DNA of 63,942 bases, filler included, from Octopus bimaculoides (taxonomy: Eukaryota), in NCBI RefSeq assembly GCF_001194135.2. It is 5 parts of 5 records of this genome, joined end to end, with 100 filler letters (N's around TTAATTAATTAA, not from the genome) between each part and the next. Parts side by side here need not be neighbours in the genome. Positions count along the whole stretch, not along the records: positions 39,371 to 57,762 come from NC_068998.1; positions 57,863 to 63,942 come from NC_068987.1; 3 more parts are not named here. One strand, 5' to 3'. A program made the translations under genes and the position numbers. Shown here piece by piece: positions 51,550-63,942 of the stretch (position 1 is the first letter of the stretch; each line of letters starts with the position of its first letter). The notes below the pieces were generated by a model. That model saw only the letters and a list, made by a program, of their open reading frames with translations. It searched no databases and was not told the DNA's origin.

Positions 51550-53462
51550 GAATCTATGATTGTGTATGTTTGTATATATATACGTATGTATATATCTATA
51601 TGTATGTATATAAGTATATGAATGTGTCTATATGTCTGTATATGTATATGTATGTAAGTGTGTGTGTGCGTGTGTATGCGTGCGTGTTTGCTTATGTTTC
51701 TCTTGGCTTATCTTTATTACTTTATCTCTTACTAATTATAATTATTTATAACCCTGATGATAATACTTAATTGCTCATATAATCAATTCGACCACCTTGC
51801 ATATAATAGTAATTCAAATTTCGACCTTATGTAGATGCTAACAATATTTATAGGACATTGAGGGTTATATGTAATAAAAAAAATTTTAACATATCTAGAT
51901 GTTTTATATCAATAATTACGTATTTTCAAACACTATTTCAACGAATGCATATCAATATTATTATTCTATGTACTTACTTTATATATTTAAATCCATCTCC
52001 ATCTACAATACTAAATAATACGACTTTTATTCTTCAATTCTCGTATATCTTTGGGCTTCTAATCTTTAATTTAATGTCATTTATATCTTTCTTGTTGCTA
52101 TCTATCCTTATATTTCGTAAGCATTGTCTCTAAGAACTTTTATTTAGTTTCACTTTAATATTATTATTTTCTTATCTTCCCGATCTTTTATTTTCTAGGT
52201 TATTAATGATAAATACATGATTTTCCTTCTCTTATGCCAACATTATCTACTAATTACTTTTTAATATCTTACTAAATTTCCCTTCCCTTCTTTAGAAAAC
52301 TGCCTTATTAATTTCTATTAATTTTATTCTTGTCTTCCATATTTTTAAGGTATTTTTTTCTAATATTGACTTTACCTTCTTCAAACGTTATGTCGAGGGA
52401 TTATTTTGAATATNNNNNNNNNNNNNNNNNNNNNNNNNNNNNNNNNNNNNNNNNNNNNNNNNNNNNNNNNNNNNNNNNNNNNNNNNNNNNNNNNNNNNNN
52501 NNNNNNNNNNNNNNNNNNNNNNNNNNNNNNNNNNNNNNNNNNNNNNNNNNNNNNNNNNNNNNNNNNNNNNNNNNNNNNNNNNNNNNNNNNNNNNNNNNNN
52601 NNNNNNNNNNNNNNNNNNNNNNNNNNNNNNNNNNNNNNNNNNNNNNNNNNNNNNNNNNNNNNNNNNNNNNNNNNNNNNNNNNNNNNNNNNNNNNNNNNNN
52701 NNNNNNNNNNNNNNNNNNNNNNNNNNNNNNNNNNNNNNNNNNNNNNNNNNNNNNNNNNNNNNNNNNNNNNNNNNNNNNNNNNNNNNNNNNNNNNNNNNNN
52801 NNNNNNNNNNNNNNNNNNNNNNNNNNNNNNNNNNNNNNNNNNNNNNNNNNNNNNNNNNNNNNNNNNNNNNNNNNNNNNNNNNNNNNNNNNNNNNNNNNNN
52901 NNNNNNNNNNNNNNNNNNNNNNNNNNNNNNNNNNNATATATATATATATAGTAATTATCTGGTCTTTCGGTATATGTCTATTGGTATGCCGATTCAAACA
53001 CACTCAGCGTTTGGGCTACCTGGTTTCCATCTGCAGTTATGGTATCATTTTCAATGGACAGACGTCAGGAATTCTGCAGTGTTCATTTAGTTTATAATTG
53101 ATGAGGTGACGGGAAATGCGTTAAATAAAGATTCGCACCAAACCCATTTTCCGTTTCCCTCACGAGTGCGTGCGTGTGTGTATAAAATTTCGTCTTATGA
53201 TGTAATGCAATAGTTATGTACAATAAGTGCTCAGGTTGAAAATGGAGACTACTATTATCTTTTACAGAGTATGTTCCTTAATTCTTCCTCTCTGAAGACG
53301 GTATAGTTGACATATAGGAAAGTCTTTACTCAATGACTTATACACTATAAGTACAGCTATTCTAGAAACAGCTGTAAGAGACTGTGCATTATTTCTTAAT
53401 GCGTTGTTTGTAATAACTCTGCAACTATGTTTCAATTCGTATTGAATAAGTATTTGTCATAA

Positions 53463-54685
53463 TCACGTGTGGAAAACAACATTCATCACGTGGTGTTCGT
53501 TTTCATTGATGCATTTCTGAAGGCGTTCTTGGAAGTTGGCCTCTACTCCCTCCAGCATTGCTCTATCAATTTGGGCGACTTCCACGCGAATAGTTTCCTT
53601 CAAATCGTCCAGTGTACGGGGCTTATGCACATACACACGTGCCTTGAGGTTTCCCCATAAGAAATAATCACACATCGACAAATCAGGGGACCGATGGGCC
53701 AAGGAATATCAACAAACCTGGAAATAGGGCGGTCACCGAAGAGAGGGTGAAAAACGACCATTGATGCTCTGGCTGTGTGGGCCGTCACCCCATCCTGCTG
53801 AAACTACGCATGTCGAATAGGCATACGTTTTTGTCGTAATTCAGGCACAAAGAAGTTGCTTATCATCTCGATGCAACGCTTGGAATTCACAGTAACAGCA
53901 TTTCCATTATTGTGTTAAAAAAAAGTAAGGACCAACGACAGCAGCTTTTGCAACAGCACACCAGACCGTCACTTTTGAGCTGTACAGTGGCCCTTCGTGC
54001 AGTTCTCTCGGATTTTCAAGAGCCCAGTAACGACAGTTCTGTCGATTCACCATGCCATTGAGATGAAAATGAGCATCATCACTCATTAACAAAATGAGGT
54101 TGTCATTTGCCTCAAAGATTGCTTCCATCTGACGTTTGAAGTTATGCCGCTGTGTCATGGTTTCAACTGTTGCCCAATGGCCAATTTGCACGGGTGGAAA
54201 TGCAGGTCTTCATGCAAAATATGCCTTACCGATCGGTTATCGATGCCAAGTTCAGTGAAATGCTTCCGAGCAGAGCGATTCGGACTCCGTATCAAAGCTT
54301 GTCTGACGCGTTCCACATTTTCCGGGGTCCGTACTGTTCGTGGCGCCCCCACCAGTCTCCTATTCACTAGTGTAGGTCGTGTACGAAGTGCATACACCTA
54401 ACGTAATGTTGTGTTACGGGTGGGAACAGCCTGATTTCGGTGAATGTTGAAGTGGCGCCGAAACTCACGCTGAACTGCTGTGACAGACTCGTTATTCTTC
54501 ACGTAACTGTTGTAGGCAAACACGCGATGCTCTCTTGTCCACAGCGCCATGGCTTCTTCACCTGCAAAAGAGAAAAAAAAAGGTAAGACACCGCGGACCG
54601 AATGGTACCTTTCGGACATGTCTCTTCCCCAGGGGCTGAGTAATAGCCATTTCAAAAACGTCCGTCCTCTCTGCCCCACCTTGTA
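53463..54685 (-). mobile_element. Near full-length DD41D (rosa/Visitor-like) Tc1/mariner transposon, decayed
   Basis: MALWTREHRVFAYNSY..SDDAHFHLNG..FQQDGVTAHT..WP/RSPDLSMCDYFLWG (41 residues between the D's after restoring a 1-nt deletion); 5' end TA-CAAGGTGGGGCAG at ~54685. Confidence 0.85.
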
Positions 54686-55444
54686 TATATGTACACACAC
54701 ACACACACACATTGACAACTGATGTTGGTTTATGTCCACTTAATCCGGCGGTTCGGCAAAGGGAGAACGATACGATAAGCACCAAACTTTATAAGAAAAA
54801 ATACATTAATACTGGGGAAGATTTGTTCGACTAAAACTCTTCGAGGCATTGTCCCAGCATGGCCGTAGGCCAATGACTGAAACTCGTAAGTGATAAAATA
54901 TATATATATGATGATATTTAAACAAAAATTAACTTTATATTTCAGATTTTTACCTGTATTTATCTGCAATTTGCTGTACATTTTAGATAAAGATTCCAAA
55001 ATAGATTTATATTAAGAATCGTTTGATGAGTTGCGTGTGAAAGACTACTTTCATATATCAACAAATGGAAATAAAGAAAAAAAGGTTGTAGTTGTTTTAT
55101 TTACTCAATTTTAATTCGTAATTGGTTTAGAATTTCAGTGAAACGTATAGAGGTGTATTTAGTTAGAAATAGAGCCACGAGTGTGTTAAGGGTATATTTT
55201 TTTCCATGGATCGTAATGGAATTTCGAAAAGATCTGAATACATCAGACTTCAAAATAGCTGACAGTGGAGCTAGCTAAGAGCATCAGGCAAAAATGTTGT
55301 TTGTTTCTTCTTTAATTTCTTCTTTTTAATTTTTTTTTTGTAAGAAATGACTTTTGAAAATTGAGCTGCATCTCATTACGTCATGTACCTTATGAGTTGG
55401 CAAATACGGTATAGATATTATGCATGCATGTCTGTATGTATGGT

Positions 55445-55610
55445 GGAGGAGCGTGGCTTAGTGGTTAGGGTGTTCGGCTTACGATGGCAATGATGTGAGT
55501 TCGATACTTGTGAGTTGTGTCCTCAAGCAAGACACTTAGTTTCTCATTGCTCCAGTCCACTTGGCTAGTAAATATGAATTGTACCCGTATTTCAAAAGGC
55601 CAGCCATGTC
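55445..55610 (+). mobile_element. tRNA-derived SINE (family C-like)
   Basis: A-box TGGCTTAGTGG, B-box GAGTTCGATAC, then a CORE-like segment. Confidence 0.7.
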
Positions 55611-56369
55611 ACATTTACTAGTAGCTAGAATGTAATGCCAGTATTAAAGTGCATTTCTAACACAGCTATTTAGATTACTTCCTTGCCAGTTCAGAAGCTT
55701 TTAGTGAAGAGTAAAAACAAGGTTTTTTAAAAAAGACATGCGATATAATTCCAGGAACGATAAAATACTAACATGGTGGCAGATTAATCGTTGATGCCGA
55801 ATGAAAGTCCAAAAATGGTAATATGCTGCAATCCAAGGAAAGGAAGCCGCTTCTTTAAACAATGCTTTTGCCGAACCAACCTTCTTTTTTATGCATATTC
55901 TACACCTTCAAATGTTGAATTAATACGAAGCGGTCAGAATTTATTGTTTAAGTGATGCATTTCTTCCTATAACATAAGCGTTGCTTGCTATTGCGTGAGT
56001 CATGTCAATAATATTTGATATATTTTACTGTGTTGGTGGTTTGATAGAGCAAGGAATATCACAGATGTGTAATAAAACGTACCATTTGTTTTTATTTAAA
56101 GAAATTTAACAATAAGCAAATAGAAAACGTGAAGAAACAACGTATGCATTAAATAATTGTTGGTACCGTAAGGTAAGAGAAAATTTTAATAGATAATGAT
56201 AATTTTTTGTAAAGTAGGCTCAAATATAACGCCTAAATGGAGGCAAATAGGGGTTAGATCGTCCCATAAAATAACTAAATTGACTATACAGGCTATAAAA
56301 GGATATATTTGCAACTTCTGTTATAATACTGTGCGTATTTCATATGTATTAATATAGGCTAAATGAAGA

Positions 56370-57045
56370 CGGTGAGCTTGTAGAATCGCTATCGTGCTGG
56401 ACAAAATGCTTAGCGGTATTTCTTCCGACTTTAAACTCTTGAGTTTAAATGCTGCCGAGGTCGACTTGCCTTTCGGGATCGATAAAATAAGTACTAGCTG
56501 AGCACTGAAAGGCGATTTTGTCGAATTCCCTCCTTTCGAATCTACTGACCTTATGTTAAAATAAGAAAAGATTCTCATACACCGAATTATAAGGTGACAA
56601 GGTGGCAGAATCGTTTGCGCATCGACTCGTTACATCCTAAATTCAAATTCTGCTGGAATTTAACTTTACTTTCAGCTTTCCATTGTCGATAAAATGAAGT
56701 ACCAGGCAAGTACTAGGGCCGATGTAACTGCCTTACCCTTGCCCTGAAAATGGCTGGTCTTGAGCCAAAATTAGGAAGAATTATTATATGCTAAATTTGA
56801 AGATGTGCTTTTTATTTCTTTATTGCCCACAAGGGGCTCAACATAAAGGGGACAAACAAGGACAGTCAAAAGGATTAAGTCGATTACATCGACCCCAGTG
56901 CGTAACTGGTACTTAATTTATCGACCCCGAAAGGATGAAAGGCAAAGTCGACCTCGGCGGAATTTGAACCCAGAACGTAACGGCAGACAAAATACCGCGA
57001 AGCTTGTCGCCCGGCGTGCTAACGTTTCTGCCAGCTCGCCGCCTT
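56370..57045. mobile_element. Cluster of three SINE family A copies (+,+,-)
   Basis: Cores at ~56450 (+), ~56650 (+) and 56815-57045 (-, well preserved). Confidence 0.8.
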
Positions 57046-57224
57046 AAATTTGAAGATGTGCTTCTGACATAGGTAAACTTGAACGATATGCAAACCGTAA
57101 AAGCAGATTCGAATTACGGCCCCAAAATTAGATAAGGTAGACAGACATCATTCATGAAAAAAGCAATATTTTCTTTCTTTTTTTTTTTTCAAAATACAGC
57201 CCTCTTTTTCATAATGGTTTTTAA

Positions 57225-57680
57225 AAGTTGACAGTGCAAGTTCTAATAATTCCTCAACACGCTTCAGCCTCGGATTGACCACAGTCTCCAACAGCTTCAT
57301 ATAGCTGTCTGAATTTAGTTTATTAAATATCATGGGAACGAATTTCTGCGTGCGGACGCTGTCAGAACGTCACAGCTTCGTAGTCTCCGTCGCAACTGTC
57401 CATGTCACGTATCACAGCCTTTTCAGTGCTCACAGAGTTTTGAGCAGCAGTCGTGAAGTCGGCATTTTGATACCCGGCGCAAATCATCAGGATACAGGTA
57501 ACTCTTTTCCAATATTCAGATGACTTCCAGTCCTCCATGTCAGCTACGTTTTTCTCAACTACAACTTTTAATCTTTATGCTCTCTAACGCCGTTGACTAT
57601 TCACCAATGCATTGAGCTGTTCCTGAACAAACAAAAGGAGACCAAAAAAATCGTCAAATTTAGCCCGAACACCCTTTAGA
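57225..57680 (-). mobile_element. maT/DD37D-like Tc1/mariner fragment
   Basis: ..CDGDYEAV.. and KLNSDSYMKLLETVVNPRLKRV; terminus TA..AAGGGTGTTCGGGCTAAAT. Confidence 0.55.
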
Positions 57681-57702
57681 TATATGTATGTGTATGTATG
57701 CG

Positions 57703-57762
<60 letters not shown>

Positions 57763-57806
57763 NNNNNNNNNNNNNNNNNNNNNNNNNNNNNNNNNNNNNN
57801 NNNNNN

Positions 57807-57818
57807 TTAATTAATTAA
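57807..57818. other. Synthetic scaffold linker
   Basis: 44N+TTAATTAATTAA+44N. Confidence 0.95.
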
Positions 57819-58025
57819 NNNNNNNNNNNNNNNNNNNNNNNNNNNNNNNNNNNNNNNNNNNNAAATAGATTAGCCTGCTGTTTCTAGCAGGTCAAATGAT
57901 CGTCTATAAGGGTTCTCCACTGGGAACGTATATGTTTGTATATATGTCGAAGAAACTAATTTATTTTAATACATTTAAAACTGAGAAATAATTGAAATAT
58001 ATAAGATATTAACAACAGAAGATTC

Positions 58026-58255
58026 GGCATATGGCGCAGTGATTAAGAGCGCGGGCTACTAACCCCAAAATTCCAAGTTCGATTCCAGGCAGTGATCTTG
58101 ATAATAATACGTAATAATAATTGTTATTATCATATCGAAAATTACCTTAGGAATGAGAACCCAGGTTCAAAATTTCCCCCAAGACACCTGATGAAGGCTT
58201 GAGGGTATATTTTGTTTGTTGTTTCATCTTATCCGTCAAATGTAAATAATGAACA
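58026..58255 (+). mobile_element. tRNA-headed SINE (family D) with partial hammerhead core
   Basis: A-box TGGCGCAGTGA (58032), B-box GTTCGATTCC (58077), (AAT)n, then GACAC CTGATGA AGGCTTGAGGGTATAT (58183-58210), followed by a deletion of the GAAA half. Confidence 0.75.
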
Positions 58256-58789
58256 TAAGAACGTTTTATAAAAGTTAACCTTCTGATAATCACATTGTGT
58301 ACTGATGTCTTTTGGTAATTAAGAAGCAATTATTTCTTGTTCTTTTATTATACCTGATATTTAAGGTTATGTCTGTTTACAGTCACACTCTTCTGTAAGA
58401 GAAAATATTCATTGCATCTCCATCGGGGATGGAATCTTTGTTTCTGATTAGAATACCAGATGAATCACTGGGAGATCCTGGTTAAGATCCATGCGGAGAT
58501 GTTATACTGTCGTACACCTTGTAACTAAGTTATGCTACTAAACATCATGTGATTAAGAACTCCATTTCTGCTACAACGAAGATTCAGAAACACTCGCAGA
58601 CAACCGATGTACTCAGCATCTCAGTGAACCAAAAGGATAAACCACCAAATATAACAGAGTTAGTATGATGTTTCTCATCACCAAGAAAGGTAATAGAAGA
58701 CTGCTGAACTGTTTGAGGTTCAAGCAAATCTATTATATTCTGTATACGAACACCACTAATATAATGACGTCATAATTATATAATTACAT

Positions 58790-59370
58790 AATTATGCTCA
58801 TGTCAATCAATAAACAAACTTTATTGGTTTGGTCTTTCACAACAATATCTGGTTTATTTGCTTTGAAGGCCTGGTCTGTACATACTGGGAAATCCCAAAG
58901 AATAGTTACATTTTCTCCCTCAGTTACTGCCTCATGGTGGTGCTTGTACCATTTGTCAGCAGTTTTGATTTTATAATGTCGACACATTATCCAATGTAGA
59001 TATTGGCCAACTCTGTCGTGTCTTGGTTTGTACTCTAGAAAGATTAGGCGGTCCACTGTTTCTATCACATCGTTGCAGTATCGGCACTTTGGGTCTACAC
59101 CATTTTTCATCACATTGGCTTGATAGTTTCGGGTCAATAAGCACTGATCTTGTGCAGTCAAGATAAAGCCTTCACTCTCTGCCTCTAGCCCTGAGCTCCG
59201 TAGCCACTGATGGGTGTGCTTCTAGTATACATCAGTTTGATTGCTACGGGTCACATACTTGCCATGCAGAGGTTTTAGTTCCCACCTATTAGCCAATTGT
59301 TCAAACGCATTTTGCTTTGCTATTGATTTCACCTTCTTTGCAACTACAGTTACTGCACTTCCCCATGCAG
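58790..59370 (-). mobile_element. R4/Dong-clade LINE fragment (zinc knuckle + REL endonuclease)
   Basis: WELKPLHGKY..HQWLRSSGLEAESEGFILTAQDQCLLTRNY..CRYC..RHDRVGQYLHW..ILWDFPV..KPDIVVKDQTNKVCLLIDMS. Confidence 0.85.
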
Positions 59371-59599
59371 TTCAACCCGTGTATTATGCATAAGCTCACT
59401 TAAAAATATTCTGCTCTCCTACATAACAAAATGAATCTTCTTACGTCTTCCATGGTTTTCAACGAACTTTAGCATCCAGTCGTTAGATGTTTCAAGATAT
59501 TTTGCCTGTCCAACTGTGGTGGTTTTGTAGGAGATTTCAAATTAGAGCAAGCCTCGACCTCCTTGAGCTCTGGGTAGGTAAAGACAATCTGCGTCTGCC

Positions 59600-59820
59600 T
59601 TTGGGTGGTGCATCTTGTTGCAAGTCAGCAGCTTATGGATTTTCCTGTCAATCTCTATCTCATGGTCGCACTGAATCATGAAACTCCATAGGATCTTTGT
59701 ATTATCATTTTCGATGATGCTTTCGGATTTATGGTCGTACTACTTTTTTGCTCTGTCAAGTCCATACTTGTTGCAAAGTGTCCAATGAACAATACTTGTT
59801 ATATTGTCATGACGTCTATT
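59600..59820 (-). mobile_element. Second R4/Dong fragment abutting a (AAT)/(AAC) array
   Basis: RRHDNITSIVHWTLCNKYGLDRAKK..ILWSFMIQCDHEIE. Confidence 0.7.
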
Positions 59821-59837
59821 TTTATTATCATTATTTT

Positions 59838-59838
59838 T

Positions 59839-59883
<45 letters not shown>

Positions 59884-59908
59884 ATTGTTGTTGTTGTTGT
59901 TGTTGTTG

Positions 59909-59952
<44 letters not shown>
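59838..59952. repeat. (GTT)n(ATT)n trinucleotide array
   Basis: Direct reading. Confidence 0.95.
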
Positions 59953-59954
<2 letters not shown>

Positions 59955-60366
59955 GGCGGTGATCTGGCAGAGTTGTTGGCACACCGGGTAAAGTGCTTAG
60001 CTGCATTTATTCTGTCTTTACGTTTTGAGTTCAAAGACTTTGCCTTTCATCCTCTCAAGATCGATAAAATATGTATCAATGAAGTCGATATAATCGGCTT
60101 ACGCCTCCCCCAAAATTGCTGGCCTTGTGCCAAAATTTGAAACCAATATTATCAAGGAACATATATATGAAATGCACATATGATTTAAATCTCTGATAGA
60201 TATAGTTAAGCCAGAATATTAAACTATATGCGCAAATATATATTCCTGTGTATGCACGTGTGTGTATGTGTGTGTCTGATTATGTATATGTACATGTGTA
60301 AAATGTTGACTAAGTTCACCTAAAGGTAATTCATGTGCAACCGAAATTATGCAGATATATGATCGG

Positions 60367-61090
60367 AAGGCAGCGAGCTGGCAGAAACGTTAGCACACCG
60401 GGCGAAATGCTTGGCGGTATTTCGTCTGCCTTCGGGGTCGTTTAAATAAGTACCAGTTATGTACTGGGGTCGATATAATCTATTTAATCCGTTTGTCTGT
60501 CCTTGTTTGTCCCCTCTGTGTGTAGCCCCTTGTGGGTAGTAAAGAAATAACACACACACANNNNNNNNNNNNNNNNNNNNNNNNNNNNNNNNNNNNNNNN
60601 NNNNNNNNNNNNNNNNNNNNNNNNTGAGTTCAAATTCCGCCGATGTCGACTTTGCCTTTCATCCTTTCGGGGTCGTTTAAATAAGTACCAGTTATGCACT
60701 GGGGTCGAAGTAATCGACTTAATCCCTTTGTCCTTGTTTGTCCCCTCTATATTTAGCCCCTTGTGGGCAATAAAGACATAAATATATGATTGGAAGACAT
60801 GTGAAGAAGAATGAGGATATAGGAACCGATAAATATTTGACCCTTTTGTAAGATCCTTTCTGCTCTGTGGAATTACTATGAGGTAATCTTTACATTGCAC
60901 TCCCCTATTATTTTTTTCTACTCTAGGCACCAGGCCCGAAATTTTGGAGGAGGGAGCCAGTCGATTAGATAGACCCCAGTACACAACGGGTACTTAATTC
61001 ATCGATCCCGAAAGAATGAAAGGCAAAGTCGACCTCGATGGAATTTGACCTCGGGACGTAAAGACAAACGAAATGCCGCTAAGCATTTCC
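60367..61090. mobile_element. SINE family A cluster (+,+ across a gap, then -)
   Basis: Head at 60367; cores at 60625-60780 (+) and 60925-61090 (-). Confidence 0.8.
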
Positions 61091-61962
61091 TTTATTGTTA
61101 ACCAACTGATAAGCAGAAGTAGATTACAAGAATCATTTAAATACGTTCTCACACTTTAATAAACCACGATATGAAAGATTTATTGACTTGCCTTTACTGG
61201 CCAGAAAGAAAGGCAACTAAAACTGTTATAGGAATCAATACTTAAATTGTTATGTCTTCGTTAAATGAGGGAAGTTGGTGTCTTTTTACAGCAGCTGACA
61301 AGTTGCCGTTGCTAGTAAAGAAGAAACAGCAAAGTTAGGTCATTGCTTGGGATCCAAGTAGTTTCTGCTAAAAGCCAACCCAATGATCAGGTTGTTCTGT
61401 GATCTGTGTCAGTTGGTTGGTGATGCTAACATTAGCTAAGAATTAGCTAAGTAGGCATTATGTGGTCTGGTGAATTTATTATATATTATACATGATATCC
61501 TGTTATAGTCACTCGACAAGATGTTTATGCAACAGAATGACGTGAATAAGGAGAATGAGAATGTTGCTAAATATTCAGAGCTAAACTTAGATTGGAATAA
61601 CTAAGATTTAGAGCAGGTGACAATATGGGGATTGTTAATCTTTTGAAAGACATACAGACATAAATTCCACAAAACTTCCCCGATAGTAATAAGATGTATG
61701 ACTACTTATGGTACTTATGTTTCCACATACATTCAGATATGTATGGGGATGATCGTTACAGCATGATATATTTATGCCTAGTAACCAAACGGCAACAATA
61801 TCAATATTAATTTCGTTGCTCTGAGTTTTGAGTTACCCTTTTTCAAATTGATGGAAGATATTTTAAAGTTCATATCATTAAAAGTATTGAGGTGGGGCCT
61901 GGGCACTAAATGGCACACCAATGGCCATATAAAAAATATTCCCCGGAGGAGTAGTGACTTAC

Positions 61963-62113
61963 TCCGGAACCCTCTCTTTTCTCATTTCTAATTGATTCGC
62001 TTGTCATTCCCGACCATAAACCTTTGATACAGTTTTTGCCATATATCTCGTTTCCAAACTCATTCCTGTCACTGCAGCCATAATAAAACATTGCAAATGT
62101 GAAGATCGCAGAA
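61963..62113 (-). CDS. Candidate internal exon of an unidentified host gene
   Basis: Strong acceptor TTGTTTCTGTTTTTTCCTTTTTAG| and donor |GTAAGT; 151 nt, one open frame: SAIFTFAMFYYGCSDRNEFGNEIYGKNCIKGLWSGMTSESIRNEKREGSG. No homology recognised. Confidence 0.4.
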
Positions 62114-62209
62114 CTAAAAAGGAAAAAACAGAAACAAGACCAGTTGGTGTGGTCGAATCATCAATACTCCGAAGATGGAATAGGCTTCAGTATTCTCAAT
62201 TAATGGATG

Positions 62210-62400
62210 AGCAGGCACATGGCTTAGAGGTTAAGGTGTTGGACTCATGTTCGTAAGATTGTGGTTTCGATTCCTGGACCGGGCGACGCGTTGTGTTCTT
62301 GAGCATAGCACTTCATTTCACGTTGCTCCTGTCCATTTAGCTGGCAAAAATGAGTAATCCTGTGACAGACCAGCGTCCTCTCCGGGAGGAATATCTATAC
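62210..62400 (+). mobile_element. tRNA-derived SINE (family C-like)
   Basis: TGGCTTAGAGG..GGTTTCGATTCC..GTGTTCTTGAGC. Confidence 0.7.
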
Positions 62401-62919
62401 ACCAGAGAAACCAGGAAGCCGGCCCTGTGCCCCTTAGTGTAATGTAGGCTAGCCATACTCAGCTATTGAGCAACCTCTATTCAACAGCTAGAAATAACAG
62501 CGAAATGTCTTTTGAGTCGTATCCTAACGTCTTAAAAATGATTCTCGATAACATAGATCAAAATACTCTTAAGGATGGTCCTGGGTGGAACTTCTCTGAT
62601 TAAAGGTTTGATCATTCTGGAGTTGTCGACAACAGCTTTCCAGTATTTTTAAAATTCTTACCGGTTGCTGTTTTACTTCCCAATTATTGAGGGTAGAAGA
62701 AATGTTGAATACCTATCTCCTATTTAGGGCATTCAACTGATTCTCTCCCTACCAAAGTCAAGGCCGCGTTCTAATGAGAGAAACCCATGAAAATAATTGC
62801 TAAGAAATCTGAAATGAAGATCAGGGATTGCAAAACATAATATTAGCATAATCATGGGAGAAGCAGAGAGAGAGAGAGACAGAGAGAGAAAAAGAGAGAG
62901 AGAGAAAGGTGGGAAGGGA

Positions 62920-62979
<60 letters not shown>

Positions 62980-63539
62980 GAGCCAGAGAGAGAGAGAAAG
63001 ACAGTTGGTTATATATCACATAAAAGCTACAACGCAGTTTTGATTCGCCATAGAAATAATCTCATCTGATATTGGTTTATATTGAATTGTGGAGATATAT
63101 CGACATGGAATCTCATTACTTTCAGCGAATTAGAAAGTCTTTGTGCCTCGCAAAAACAAAGCCATGTATTTGAACCAGTAGAGAAAGAGAGAAAAGCTTA
63201 ATCTATGGAGGTCTCTATCGTAGTTTATTATCTTATTTCGTTGGATAGTAACCACGTCAATACGTATAGAAAATCCATATAATTTTCTATATGTACACTC
63301 ACTATATTATATATAATAACAAGGATGACAGATAGCAGGACATATGAAACAACAGTTTGGATTTAAATATATTCCTCTACGTTGTGTGGATTCAGATCCT
63401 ATCAAAGGTGAATTAACTTTTCATTCTCTCGATTCCATTAAATACTAATAAAATAGTGGGCCCCAAAATCTATGGCCGGGTATCTATGTTAGATATCCTT
63501 ATGCATAACTACGCAGCAGTTACTGTTATTATGGTTATT

Positions 63540-63942
63540 ATTCCGCCGAGGTCGACTTTACCTTTCATCCTTTCGGGGTCGATAAAATAAGTACCAGTTG
63601 GGTACTGGAGTTGGTGTAAGCGACTTACTTCCACCCTGAAATTGCTGGCATTGTGCTAAACTTTTAAAGTATTATTTATTTCTTTATTGCCCACAGGGGG
63701 ATAAACATAGAGGGGACAAACAAGGACAGACAAAGGGATTAAGTCGATTAGATCGACCCAGTGTGTAACTGGTACTTATTTAATCGACCCCGAAAAGGAT
63801 GAAAGGCAAAGTCAACCTCGGCGGAATTTGAACTCAGAACATAGCGGCTGACGAAATACCTATTTCTTTACTGCCCACAAGGGGCTACACACAGAGGGGA
63901 CAAACAAGGACAGACAAACGGATTAAGGCGACTATATCGACC
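63540..63942. mobile_element. SINE family A: + copy (63540-63665) facing a - dimer (63672-63942)
   Basis: Family cores in both orientations. Confidence 0.85.

Noticed and set aside
55445-55510. tRNA gene candidates (also 43726, 58026, 62210)
   Set aside because: A/B boxes are present, but there is no complete cloverleaf or acceptor stem and each continues into a SINE body.
44400-59900. All coding transposon relics in this stretch are on the minus strand
   Set aside because: Small sample, spans a scaffold join, and the opposite orientation is common in the left half; not distinguishable from chance.
62661-62808. Minus-strand segment with good AG and GTAAGA signals
   Set aside because: All three frames contain stops; at most a non-coding exon, which cannot be supported from sequence alone.

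Overview
Eukaryotic, AT-rich, repeat-saturated genomic DNA with 19 N-gaps. It is most likely a coleoid cephalopod (Octopus-type); this is inferred from the SINE families and microsatellite load, not from a database search. There is no intact protein-coding gene, tRNA/rRNA gene or CRISPR array. Most long ORFs in the track are microsatellite or N read-through. The recognisable content is: (i) dozens of tRNA-derived SINE copies from at least four families; (ii) decayed DNA transposons (mariner DD34D, DD41D/rosa-like, maT-like, hAT Charlie/Buster-like) and MITEs; (iii) retroelement relics (Penelope-like RT, RTE, R4/Dong with REL endonuclease, a CCHC LINE ORF1); (iv) one candidate host exon (61963-62113, minus); (v) four synthetic TTAATTAATTAA scaffold linkers. 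The most interesting signal is a set of Penelope-type minimal hammerhead ribozyme motifs. Two sit symmetrically in a ~660-bp fold-back (25.4-26.05 kb). A second hammerhead family rides on a tRNA-headed SINE (38.4 kb and 58.0 kb). A snap-back copy at 26.1 kb starts at that family's predicted self-cleavage site. Ribozyme activity is not demonstrated and the individual copies are degenerate or variant.
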